Assembly: GCA_964482725.1 (NCBI GenBank)
Contig: CAYZYT010000004.1
Span: forward strand, 23,824 to 87,823
From: an uncultured bacterium
GTDB lineage: Bacteria; Omnitrophota; Omnitrophia; Omnitrophales; Aquincolibacteriaceae
Direction: 5' to 3'
DNA length: 64,000 nt
The first letter of the stretch is position 1; each line of letters begins with the position of its first letter. Shown here piece after piece: positions 20,147 to 28,297 of this stretch. Below the pieces are notes generated by a model. It did not search any database and was not told the DNA's origin. It saw only the letters and a program-made list of their open reading frames with translations. A program made the position numbers and the translations under genes.

Positions 20147-20835
20147 AAGGCATCTCCTCCGGAAAGGGCGACTGTCCCTTTATCCCTGAGCAATGCCGCT
20201 TCACGGACCGGCGCGAAGCTGTAGCGATGAATGGGAGAAGGTCCTTTTTCTTTGAGGGCTTGCATGTGCTCGGCCGTCCCGTAGCCTTTGTGGCGATGGA
20301 ATCCATAGTGAGGATAAAGCTCATGGAGTTTTCGCATCCAGTGGTCGCGAAAAACTTTGGCCACGATCGAGGCGGCGGCAATGCTCGCTGATTTTCCATC
20401 ACCCTGGATCACGCCTTTTTGTTCGAGGGGAAGATCCAGGCGCATGGGGCCATCGATCAGAAGGCTTGCAGGAGTGTGCGGAAGATTCAGGACGGCCTTT
20501 TTCATGGCCAGGCGCGTGGCTTCGTAGATATTAAGTTCATCGATCTGTTTTTCGTCCGCGAAACCAATGCCGACGAGCGAGGCGCGCGCGATACGAACAT
20601 AAAGTTCTTCGCGGCGTTCGGCGCTCAGTTTTTTGGAGTCGTTGATGCCGGCAAGTGTCTCGGGCTTTAAAAGGATCACCGCCGCCGCAACGACGGGACC
20701 GGCCAAAGGACCGCGTCCGGCCTCATCCACGCCGGCCATCCACTCCCCGCCCCGGACGGGAGCTTCCTGCCGGTCAAAAGCCAAGAGCTTCTCCAGGAGA
20801 AGCGTCTTCCGAGATGCCTTTTTAGCAGCCTCCAT
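20143..20835 (-). CDS. rnhB: Ribonuclease HII
   Basis: AGVDEAGRGPLAGPVVAAAVIL and the rest of the RNase HII core are present. The exact start is uncertain. Confidence 0.85.
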   Translation of the reverse strand: MEAAKKASRKTLLLEKLLAFDRQEAPVRGGEWMAGVDEAGRGPLAGPVVAAAVILLKPETLAGINDSKKLSAERREELYVRIARASLVGIGFADEKQIDELNIYEATRLAMKKAVLNLPHTPASLLIDGPMRLDLPLEQKGVIQGDGKSASIAAASIVAKVFRDHWMRKLHELYPHYGFHRHKGYGTAEHMQALKEKGPSPIHRYSFAPVREAALLRDKGTVALSGGDAL

Positions 20836-20857
20836 CGTGCAGGAGTGCGGAAGGGTG

Positions 20858-21169
20858 CTATAGGTTTTTCAGGTAATACAGCTTCGCGCGACGAACTTTG
20901 CCTTTTACGCTCACCGTAACCTTTTCCACGTTCGGAGAATGAAGCGGGAAGATCTTCTCGACTTTGTCTCCATAGCTTTCCTTGAGAACGGTAAAGCTGG
21001 CGCGAACGCCTTTTCCTTTTTTGCGGATGCAGACGCCCTCGAAAAGCTGCGTGCGGGTCTTATCGCCTTCTTTAACACGAACGTGCACCTTGAGGGTGTC
21101 ACCTACGCGGAATTCCGGCGTTTTTTTTGCTTTGGCTTCTTTTTCGACGATGTCCATTTTTGAGTTCAT
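20858..21169 (-). CDS. rplS: 50S ribosomal protein L19
   Basis: [26 protein letters not shown]...FPLHSP..EKV.V...[11 protein letters not shown] is the L19 signature. Confidence 0.9.
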   Translation of the reverse strand: MNSKMDIVEKEAKAKKTPEFRVGDTLKVHVRVKEGDKTRTQLFEGVCIRKKGKGVRASFTVLKESYGDKVEKIFPLHSPNVEKVTVSVKGKVRRAKLYYLKNL

Positions 21170-21264
21170 GACCGTTCTCCTTTGTTTGCTGAAATTTCAA
21201 AAAGTAATGAATGCTGTTTTCGGTTACGTCAACGATGCGGATTTCGTAACCCTTGCCGCCCCTT

Positions 21265-21939
21265 CTATTTTTTAAATAAATCTGGTCGTTTTTTTCTCGT
21301 GACCTGCTCTGCGGCTTTTTTCCTCCAAACATCCAATTTCTTATGGTCGCCCGAAAAGAGAACCTCGGGCACTTCCCATCCCCGGTATTCCCGAGGCCTT
21401 GTGTAATGGGGATGTTCCAGCATCCCGGTTTGAAAGCTTTCGTGCTTGATCGATTCCGCGTTCCCCAAAACGCCGGGGAGAAGTCTTGTCACCGCCTCGA
21501 TCAAGCAAAGGGCCGGCGCTTCTCCTCCCATGGTAATAAAATCGCCCACCGATATTTCCTGGTCGATCAGGTGGTCCTTCACGCGTTGGTCCACGCCCTC
21601 ATAATGTCCGGCGATCAACACGAGATGTTTTTTCTTAGCAAGCTTCGCGGCCAGCGTCTGGCTCATCGGCTCGCCCTGAGGGTCCAGCAGCACCACCCAG
21701 GCCTCTTTCCCGATCGCTTCCACGCATTCGAAGATCGGCTCCGGCTTCATCACCATCCCCGCTCCGCCACCAAACGGCTTGTCATCCGCCGTTTTATGGC
21801 GATCGTGCGTCCAGTCCCGGAGATCATGCACCCGGACTTTCACAAGCCCCTTCGCCTGCGCCTTCTCTAAAAGCGATTCTTCGAGCGGGCTTTTAAAAAA
21901 AGCCGGGAAGAGCGTGACAATATCAATTAAAAATGCCAT
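21265..21939 (-). CDS. trmD: tRNA (guanine37-N1)-methyltransferase
   Basis: IDIVTLFP..F, KPFGGGAGMVMKPEP and DQRV...SVGDFI are TrmD signatures. Confidence 0.9.
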   Translation of the reverse strand: MAFLIDIVTLFPAFFKSPLEESLLEKAQAKGLVKVRVHDLRDWTHDRHKTADDKPFGGGAGMVMKPEPIFECVEAIGKEAWVVLLDPQGEPMSQTLAAKLAKKKHLVLIAGHYEGVDQRVKDHLIDQEISVGDFITMGGEAPALCLIEAVTRLLPGVLGNAESIKHESFQTGMLEHPHYTRPREYRGWEVPEVLFSGDHKKLDVWRKKAAEQVTRKKRPDLFKK

Positions 21940-21964
21940 GAATGTTCCCTTGTCAGGAAAAAAT

Positions 21965-22228
21965 TCAGGCGCTTTTCTTCGCTTTTGTCTTTCTTTTCTC
22001 GCGGCGCACCAGGCTCTTCAAGGCCACGCTCATCTGCGCGCCCTGCTTCACCCAATAATCGAGCCGGTCCTGCTTCACGACGAAAATATCTTCTTTGGGA
22101 AGAGCGTCATAATAGCCGATCTCCTCGATGAAGCGTCCGTCGCGCGGCATCTTCGCGTCGCTGACCACGATGCGCCACTGAGGACGATTCTTGCTGCCGA
22201 AACGTTTCATTCTTATTTTGACTGCCAC
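21965..22228 (-). CDS. rpsP: 30S ribosomal protein S16
   Basis: MAVKIRMKRFGSKNRPQWRIVV.D...RDGRFIEEIGYYD. AAGGAGG lies upstream of the start. Confidence 0.9.
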   Translation of the reverse strand: MAVKIRMKRFGSKNRPQWRIVVSDAKMPRDGRFIEEIGYYDALPKEDIFVVKQDRLDYWVKQGAQMSVALKSLVRREKRKTKAKKSA

Positions 22229-22326
22229 ATTGCCTCCTTGTTGATAGCGTTAAGCGATAGGCGTTAGGCGGTAAGTAAAAAACAAATTCTTTTTCTCTTA
22301 ACGCTTACCGCTTTCCGCTGCTTTTA

Positions 22327-23592
22327 TTATTCTTTTTCTCTGCGGATGACCGCACCGAGGGCCGTAAGTTTCTGTTCGAGGTTCTCATAACCCCGGTCCA
22401 GATGGTACACGCGCTGGACTTCCGTCGCGCCTTCTGCCACCAGGCCCGCAAGCACAAGTGCCGCGCTGGCCCTAAGATCGGAGGCCATCACAGGCGCTCC
22501 GCTCAATTTTTTGACGCCATGCACAATGGCGCTCGGCCCTTCCAAAAAAACCTTTGCACCCATACGGCCGAGTTCGGGCACATGCATAAAACGATTCGGG
22601 TAGATCTTTTCTGTGATCACGCTGATCCCCGGCGTGATCGTCGCAAGCGCCATCGCCTGCGCCTGCAGATCCGTCGGGAACGCCGGATAGGGCAGCGTGG
22701 TGATGTCCACGGGCTTCAGCCTCCCGTTCTTTCTTACGCGCGCGGAGTTCTTGAACTTTTCGACGCGCACACCCGCCTGATGAAGCTTGTCGATCACCGC
22801 GTTAAGATGGCTGGGCTCCATTTTCCGAACCAAAATATCCCCGCCTGTGATCGCCGCCGCGTAAAGAAAAGTTCCCGCTTCGATCCGGTCCGGGATCACC
22901 TGATGCTCCGCACCGTGGAGTTTCCGAACGCCCTCGATCTCGATGCGCGGCGACCCCTCGCCGGCGATCTTCGCGCCCATTTTCCTTAAGAATCTCGCAA
23001 GGTCCACAACTTCGGGTTCACACGCCGCATTCTCGATCACGGTTTTCCCGTGCGCGAGCGTCGCGGCCATCATCACATTATCCGTGGCCAACACCGACGA
23101 ACCGTAACCACCGCCGAGATAGATCTCCGCCCCGCGTAATTTTTTTTTCGCTTGGACCTTCACATAGCCGTGTTCAATATGGATCTCGGCATTCAGCGCT
23201 TCCAGCCCCTTTAAATGAAGGTCGATCGGCCTGGGTCCGATCGCGCATCCCCCCGGAAGCGATACTTCCGCTTCTCCGAGCCGCGCCAAAAGAGGCCCCA
23301 ACACGCACACCGACGCGCGCATGGTCTTCACCAACTTGTAAGGCGCGAGCGGCTTCAGGTTCTTGCCCGGCTTCACTTTCAAACAACCGTGTTCAAGGAT
23401 CGCCTTCGCCCCCAGCGACCTCAGGAGTTTCACCATCGTATGGACATCCCAAAGCGACGGGACGTTCGTAATGACGGATTCTTCCTCGGAAAGAAGCGCT
23501 GCCGCCATGATCGGCAACACGGCATTCTTGGACCCGGAAACATCCACCTCGCCCTTGAGCCGATTGCCGCCTTGAATAATGATTTTATCCAT
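22327..23592 (-). CDS. murA: UDP-N-acetylglucosamine 1-carboxyvinyltransferase
   Basis: [31 protein letters not shown] and full-length MurA similarity. Confidence 0.9.
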   Translation of the reverse strand: MDKIIIQGGNRLKGEVDVSGSKNAVLPIMAAALLSEEESVITNVPSLWDVHTMVKLLRSLGAKAILEHGCLKVKPGKNLKPLAPYKLVKTMRASVCVLGPLLARLGEAEVSLPGGCAIGPRPIDLHLKGLEALNAEIHIEHGYVKVQAKKKLRGAEIYLGGGYGSSVLATDNVMMAATLAHGKTVIENAACEPEVVDLARFLRKMGAKIAGEGSPRIEIEGVRKLHGAEHQVIPDRIEAGTFLYAAAITGGDILVRKMEPSHLNAVIDKLHQAGVRVEKFKNSARVRKNGRLKPVDITTLPYPAFPTDLQAQAMALATITPGISVITEKIYPNRFMHVPELGRMGAKVFLEGPSAIVHGVKKLSGAPVMASDLRASAALVLAGLVAEGATEVQRVYHLDRGYENLEQKLTALGAVIRREKE

Positions 23593-23677
23593 TAATTTTC
23601 CCGAATGGTAGAAGGCGGAAGGCGGAGGGCGTCAAACTTTTTGTTTCTCGCTTTACTCCATCTTCCATCCACCATCC

Positions 23678-24661
23678 TCATGGGTTCCTAGCTATAATGA
23701 CTCTTTCGATCCCCAAATGGTCCTTGAAACGCTGGATATTATCATAACCCGCGGTCTGAAGCCACTTTGAAACCGTATCCGCCTGCCCCTGCCCCACTTC
23801 GAGGGCAAGCCGCCCACCGGAGATCAAGTGACCGCGCGCGCCGGCAATGATCTTCCGGTAGAAATCCAGACCGTCTTTTCCGCCGTCTAAAGCCCTTCTG
23901 GGCTCAAACTTAAGCTCTTCCTGGACCCCGTTCCAATCCTTTTCTGATAAATAAGGCGGATTGGAAACGATCCAGCAAAATTGCTCGCCATGAAGTTCGT
24001 CATTCTGAGCGAAGCGAAGAATCTCATCTTGAGATCCTTCAGCTCTTCGAGTTGCAGGATGACGAGAGGCAAGACCTCCAAAACAATTCCCCTTCACAAG
24101 CCGTGCGCGATCTTGCAACCCATACTTCTCAACATTAATTCTTGCCACTTCAAGCGCTTCTTCGGAGATATCCAGAAGTGTCCCATGAGCTTCAGGAAAT
24201 TCCCGGAGCAACGCAACCGCAATCGCGCCGGAACCTGTCCCGATATCTAAAAATGAAAACGACCCTAAAAGGACAGTCCCTTTAAAGACCTGAGAGGGAC
24301 TGTTCCCCTTCATGGCCTTCAAAACCTGCTCGATCAGGATCTCCGTCTCCGGCCGCGGGATGAGACATCTCTCATCCACATACAAAGTTTCCTGCCAAAA
24401 GTCGGCTTCGTTCAGCAAATACGCCAGCGGTATTCTCTGGAGCCGCTTTTCAACAATCGCTAGAAACCGTTCTCGGACGCCCGATTCGATCAGCTCGTGC
24501 TCTCTTAAGTAGATCTCAGAGCGCTGACAGCTGAGAAGTTTCATCAAAATGCGTTCGCACTCTTCTTGCGCCTCATCGATGCCGGCTCTTAAAAGCTCCT
24601 CTCGCCCCCAAGCGATCCATTCGAGAAGCTCGCTCTTCTTCGGTTTTTTTGCACAACTCAT
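23678..24661 (-). CDS. prmC: Release factor glutamine N5-methyltransferase (PrmC/HemK) carrying a ~30-codon in-frame insertion
   Basis: DIGTGSGAIAV (motif I) and NPPY are present, with about 95 residues between them instead of about 60. It overlaps the prfA stop by 4 nt. Confidence 0.85.
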   Translation of the reverse strand: MSCAKKPKKSELLEWIAWGREELLRAGIDEAQEECERILMKLLSCQRSEIYLREHELIESGVRERFLAIVEKRLQRIPLAYLLNEADFWQETLYVDERCLIPRPETEILIEQVLKAMKGNSPSQVFKGTVLLGSFSFLDIGTGSGAIAVALLREFPEAHGTLLDISEEALEVARINVEKYGLQDRARLVKGNCFGGLASRHPATRRAEGSQDEILRFAQNDELHGEQFCWIVSNPPYLSEKDWNGVQEELKFEPRRALDGGKDGLDFYRKIIAGARGHLISGGRLALEVGQGQADTVSKWLQTAGYDNIQRFKDHLGIERVIIARNP

Positions 24662-25728
24662 AGCGTTGTGAGAAGGCGTGCTTTTTCGTCTTCCGCGAGC
24701 GCTTCCACAACCGGATCGAGCTTCCCGTCCAGGATCTGGTTCAGGCTGTGAAGCGTGAGTCCGATCCGGTGATCCGTCAGGCGATTGTCCGGATAGTTGT
24801 AGGTCCGGATCTTGCCCGAGCGATCGCCCGAACCAATCTGCGCCTTGCGATTCTTCGCGACCTCCGCCTCCTGCTGCGCACGGCGGAAATCAAAGATCTT
24901 GGCGCGCAAAATACGCATCGCCTTCGCTTTATTCTTCTGCTGCGACCGCTCATCCTGGCACGCGACCACGAAACCCGTCGGCATATGCGTGATACGCACC
25001 GCCGATTCGGTCTTATTCACGTGCTGCCCGCCGGCTCCGGACGCGCGATAGACGTCGATCCTAAGATCGTCCGCCTTGATCTCGATCTCTTCTTCTTCAA
25101 CATCCGGCAACACCGCCACCGTGACAGCTGAGGTGTGGATGCGTCCGCTCGCCTCGGTTTTCGGTACGCGCTGGACGCGGTGGATCCCGCTTTCATATTT
25201 GAAAAAGCTGAACACATGATCCCCGGTCACGCCAAAAATGATCTCTTTGAACCCGCCGATCCCGGTAGGGTTCGTGTCCATCACTTCGACGCGCAAACCA
25301 TGATTGCCCGCATACATGCTGTACATACGGAAAAGATCCCCCGCAAAAAGCGCCGCTTCTTCCCCGCCTGTCCCCGCACGAATTTCAACGATCACGTCCC
25401 GCGCCGCATCGGGCTGCATGTCCCGCAAGAAAAGTTCCTCGAGCTTGCCTTCCCGCTCCTCCTGCCCCTCTTCGAGCGTTTGCAGCTCTTCGGTGATGAG
25501 GCTTTTCATAGCCTCGTCGCCATGGCTATCGACAAGACTGTGCTTGAGACCGGCCACTTCCTTTTCCGTCGCCTTGTATTTTTCAAAGAGCTCCATGATC
25601 GGCCTGAGCAGGGACATCTCCTTGCTCAAAGCCTGGAACTTGCTCCGGGCGGTATCCGAGCTCGAGAGCAGCACCTCAAGCTCCCGAAACCTGGCTTCCG
25701 TTTTTTCTAGACGTTCACGGATTCTCAT
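24658..25728 (-). CDS. prfA: Peptide chain release factor 1
   Basis: GGQHVNKTESAVRITH is present (the GGQ motif). The length of 356 aa fits RF1. Confidence 0.92.
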   Translation of the reverse strand: MRIRERLEKTEARFRELEVLLSSSDTARSKFQALSKEMSLLRPIMELFEKYKATEKEVAGLKHSLVDSHGDEAMKSLITEELQTLEEGQEEREGKLEELFLRDMQPDAARDVIVEIRAGTGGEEAALFAGDLFRMYSMYAGNHGLRVEVMDTNPTGIGGFKEIIFGVTGDHVFSFFKYESGIHRVQRVPKTEASGRIHTSAVTVAVLPDVEEEEIEIKADDLRIDVYRASGAGGQHVNKTESAVRITHMPTGFVVACQDERSQQKNKAKAMRILRAKIFDFRRAQQEAEVAKNRKAQIGSGDRSGKIRTYNYPDNRLTDHRIGLTLHSLNQILDGKLDPVVEALAEDEKARLLTTL

Positions 25729-25732
25729 ACAA

Positions 25733-25806
25733 AAGCCGGATGGAGGGTCACGGAGGGAGGAGGGCGAAAAACCATGGTGCGCCTTCCTCCATCCTCCCTC
25801 CGATAT
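25733..25806 (-). terminator. GGAGG/CCTCC-rich palindromic hairpin element after rpmE (terminator-like); family member 1
   Basis: GGATGGAGGGTCACGGAGGGAGGAGGGCG ... CGCCTTCCTCCATCCTCCCTCC form inverted arms. On the minus strand the stem is followed by GGCTTTT. Confidence 0.45.
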
Positions 25807-25812
25807 CCGTTA

Positions 25813-26136
25813 TTATTTTCCTTCCGCCTGGACCTTGGCCTTCAGGGCCTGGAGTTTTTCTTTCCGGGCATCTTCGGAAAATTTAAGCTTCACCGGCATC
25901 TTGAGCGCCACTTTGGTCGATTTCTTGTTGACGGCCACGCGATCCTGGAACTTCTTCTTGAATCGGTCAATACGCCCGGCGGTGTCCAGGATCTTCTGCT
26001 TGCCCGTATAGAACGGGTGGCAACTCGAACAGATATCCACGCGCATCTGAGGCATGACGCTGCGGGTCTCGATCACGTTGCCGCAGGCACACTGGATGCT
26101 GGAAGGACCATATTTCGGATGAATTTCTTTTTTCAT
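25813..26136 (-). CDS. rpmE: 50S ribosomal protein L31 with a lysine-rich ~35-aa C-terminal extension
   Basis: MKKEIHPKY...C.CG...[11 protein letters not shown] is the L31 zinc-ribbon core. The protein is 107 aa against about 70 aa typical. Confidence 0.85.
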   Translation of the reverse strand: MKKEIHPKYGPSSIQCACGNVIETRSVMPQMRVDICSSCHPFYTGKQKILDTAGRIDRFKKKFQDRVAVNKKSTKVALKMPVKLKFSEDARKEKLQALKAKVQAEGK

Positions 26137-26140
26137 TTTG

Positions 26141-27607
26141 TTACTCCTTTACTTTATTCATGCTGATAAGAAAATCAGCGTTGGATTTGGTTTTTTTAAG
26201 ACGGTCCACCAAAAGCTCCATTGCTTCTGACGGGTTCAGCTCGTTTAAGACCTTGCGGAGGATCCACACCCGGTTGAGCTCTTCGGCGGGGATCAGCAGG
26301 TCCTCTTTACGCGTGTTGGATTTCTTCACATCAATGGCCGGATAGATCCTGCGCTGGAAGAGATTGCGATCCAGCTGCAGTTCCATATTGCCCGTCCCCT
26401 TGAACTCTTCGAAAATGACCTCGTCCATGCGTGATCCCGTATCCACGAGCGCGGTGGCGATGATCGTGATGCTGCCGCCTTCTTCCACGTTGCGGGCCGA
26501 ACCAAAAAATCGTTTCGGTTTGTGGAGCGCGTTCGAGTCCACGCCTCCCGAGAGGATCTTCCCGGAATGCGGCGCAACGGTGTTGTACGCGCGAGCAAGA
26601 CGCGTGATGCTGTCCAAAAGGATCACCACGTCGCGTTTGTGCTCGACCAAACGCTTGGCTTTCTCGAGCACGATCTCCGCGACCTGGACATGCCGGTCGG
26701 CGGGTTCGTCAAAGGTCGAGGCAATGACCTCGCCTTTCACGGAGCGCTGCATGTCCGTCACTTCCTCCGGGCGTTCATCAATGAGAAGAACGATCAGATA
26801 AGAATCGGGATGGTTCGTCGTGATGCTATTGGCAAGCTTCTGAAGCAGGATCGTTTTACCGCTGTAGGGCGGCGCCACAATGAGGCCTCTCTGGCCGAAA
26901 CCGATCGGCGTTAGAAGGTCCATCACGCGCATCGAGACTTCTTCCTGCGTGGTCTCCAGCTTGATCCGCTGGTCCGGATAAAGCGGCGTCAGGTTGTCGA
27001 ACGCGATCTTGTCTTTGGCGCTGTCCGGCGCCTCAAAATTGATGAGCTCGACCTTGAGCAGGGCAAAATACCGCTCGCCTTCTTTGGGCGGACGGATCAG
27101 CCCGCCCACCACATCGCCGGTCCTCAAATTAAATCGGCGGATCTGGCTGGGGCTCACATAGATATCGTCCGGCGAAGGAAGATAATTGTAATTGGGAGAG
27201 CGAAGGAAACCGAACCCGTCCTCCAGGATCTCCAGCACACCTTCCCCGAACATGAGTCCCGACTGCTGGGCCTGGCCCTGAAGGATCTTGAAGATCAGGT
27301 CCTGGCGCTTGAGCCCGGCAACGTTTTCGACGTTGAATTTGTGCGCCATTTTCTGAAGCTCGCTGATCTTCATCTGCTTCAGGCTCACCACATCGAGCGG
27401 CTTCTCGCCCGATTTCTGCTGTTGCAGCGCCTTTTCCAGGGCTTCCCCGTTGGCGGCCGCGTCTTCTTGCATCATGCGGGGCGGACGCGGCTTCGCGTTC
27501 CCCTCCTCACCGCGGCGGTGATGCGGATGGGTTCTTTCTCTGGGTTCCCGAATTTCTCTTGTTTCTCTTGTCATGGTGGATTGGCTCCTTTTTAAATGTG
27601 CAGACAT
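26141..27607 (-). CDS. rho: Transcription termination factor Rho with a ~70-aa Arg/Glu-rich N-terminal extension
   Basis: [13 protein letters not shown]...QDLIFKILQ is the N-terminal domain. The OB fold, GKT P-loop and the remaining Rho core are present. Confidence 0.9.
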   Translation of the reverse strand: MSAHLKRSQSTMTRETREIREPRERTHPHHRRGEEGNAKPRPPRMMQEDAAANGEALEKALQQQKSGEKPLDVVSLKQMKISELQKMAHKFNVENVAGLKRQDLIFKILQGQAQQSGLMFGEGVLEILEDGFGFLRSPNYNYLPSPDDIYVSPSQIRRFNLRTGDVVGGLIRPPKEGERYFALLKVELINFEAPDSAKDKIAFDNLTPLYPDQRIKLETTQEEVSMRVMDLLTPIGFGQRGLIVAPPYSGKTILLQKLANSITTNHPDSYLIVLLIDERPEEVTDMQRSVKGEVIASTFDEPADRHVQVAEIVLEKAKRLVEHKRDVVILLDSITRLARAYNTVAPHSGKILSGGVDSNALHKPKRFFGSARNVEEGGSITIIATALVDTGSRMDEVIFEEFKGTGNMELQLDRNLFQRRIYPAIDVKKSNTRKEDLLIPAEELNRVWILRKVLNELNPSEAMELLVDRLKKTKSNADFLISMNKVKE

Positions 27608-27640
27608 TTTATGAGCGGCACGCTCAAAAAATGTAGGCCG

Positions 27641-28297
27641 TCAGGCCGTCTGCGAATTGAGTCCGCCGGGCTCTGTGGCGGATTTACGAATGCTTCCTGT
27701 TTTCTGAATGCTGACGAATTTGTACCAAAGCCGTTCGATCTCCCTTTGTGTTTGATAAATAGACTTCGAATTATCGATGACGAAATTTGCTTTCTGCGCT
27801 TTCAAGGCTTCGGACATTTGGGCCCGCTCGCGAGCCCGAACTTCCTGCTCGGTAAACTTCTTATTTACAAGGCGTTTCATTTTAACGGTCGAATTGCAGG
27901 TCACGGTCACGACCTTGTCGCAGAGGGTTTCAAAGCCGGCCTCAAAAAGAAGCGGTACTTCCACGAGGATCACTCGCCGGTCGGACATTTCGATCCTTTC
28001 CTTGATCTTTTCATAGACATACGGGTGAATGATCGCCTCGAGCTCTTTGCGTTTCTTAGGATCGGCAAAAACGATCTCCGCGACTTTTTCCCGGTCCATT
28101 TTCTTGCCTCCGGGATGAAGGGCTTCTTCAAAAAGCTCGATGATGGGATCAAAGACAGGGCTGCCTTTTTTCATGGCGTCATGAGCGATCTCGTCGGCAT
28201 CGATGATCTCGGCGCCCATGTTCTTAAAACGCTGCGCGACCGAACTTTTTCCGACCCCGAAACCGCCTGTCAGTCCTACGATCAATTTTTGTACCAT
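27641..28297 (-). CDS. coaE: Dephospho-CoA kinase
   Basis: IVGLTGGFGVGKSSV P-loop and CoaE-length similarity. It overlaps the polA stop. Confidence 0.85.
   Translation of the reverse strand: MVQKLIVGLTGGFGVGKSSVAQRFKNMGAEIIDADEIAHDAMKKGSPVFDPIIELFEEALHPGGKKMDREKVAEIVFADPKKRKELEAIIHPYVYEKIKERIEMSDRRVILVEVPLLFEAGFETLCDKVVTVTCNSTVKMKRLVNKKFTEQEVRARERAQMSEALKAQKANFVIDNSKSIYQTQREIERLWYKFVSIQKTGSIRKSATEPGGLNSQTA

Noticed and set aside
24255-24300. Near-palindrome AGGACAGTCCC ... GGGACTGTTCC inside prmC resembling the GGGACAGGTCT hairpin arms
   Set aside because: It lies in conserved coding sequence, does not carry the 12-nt arm, and has a different spacer. It is probably coincidental.
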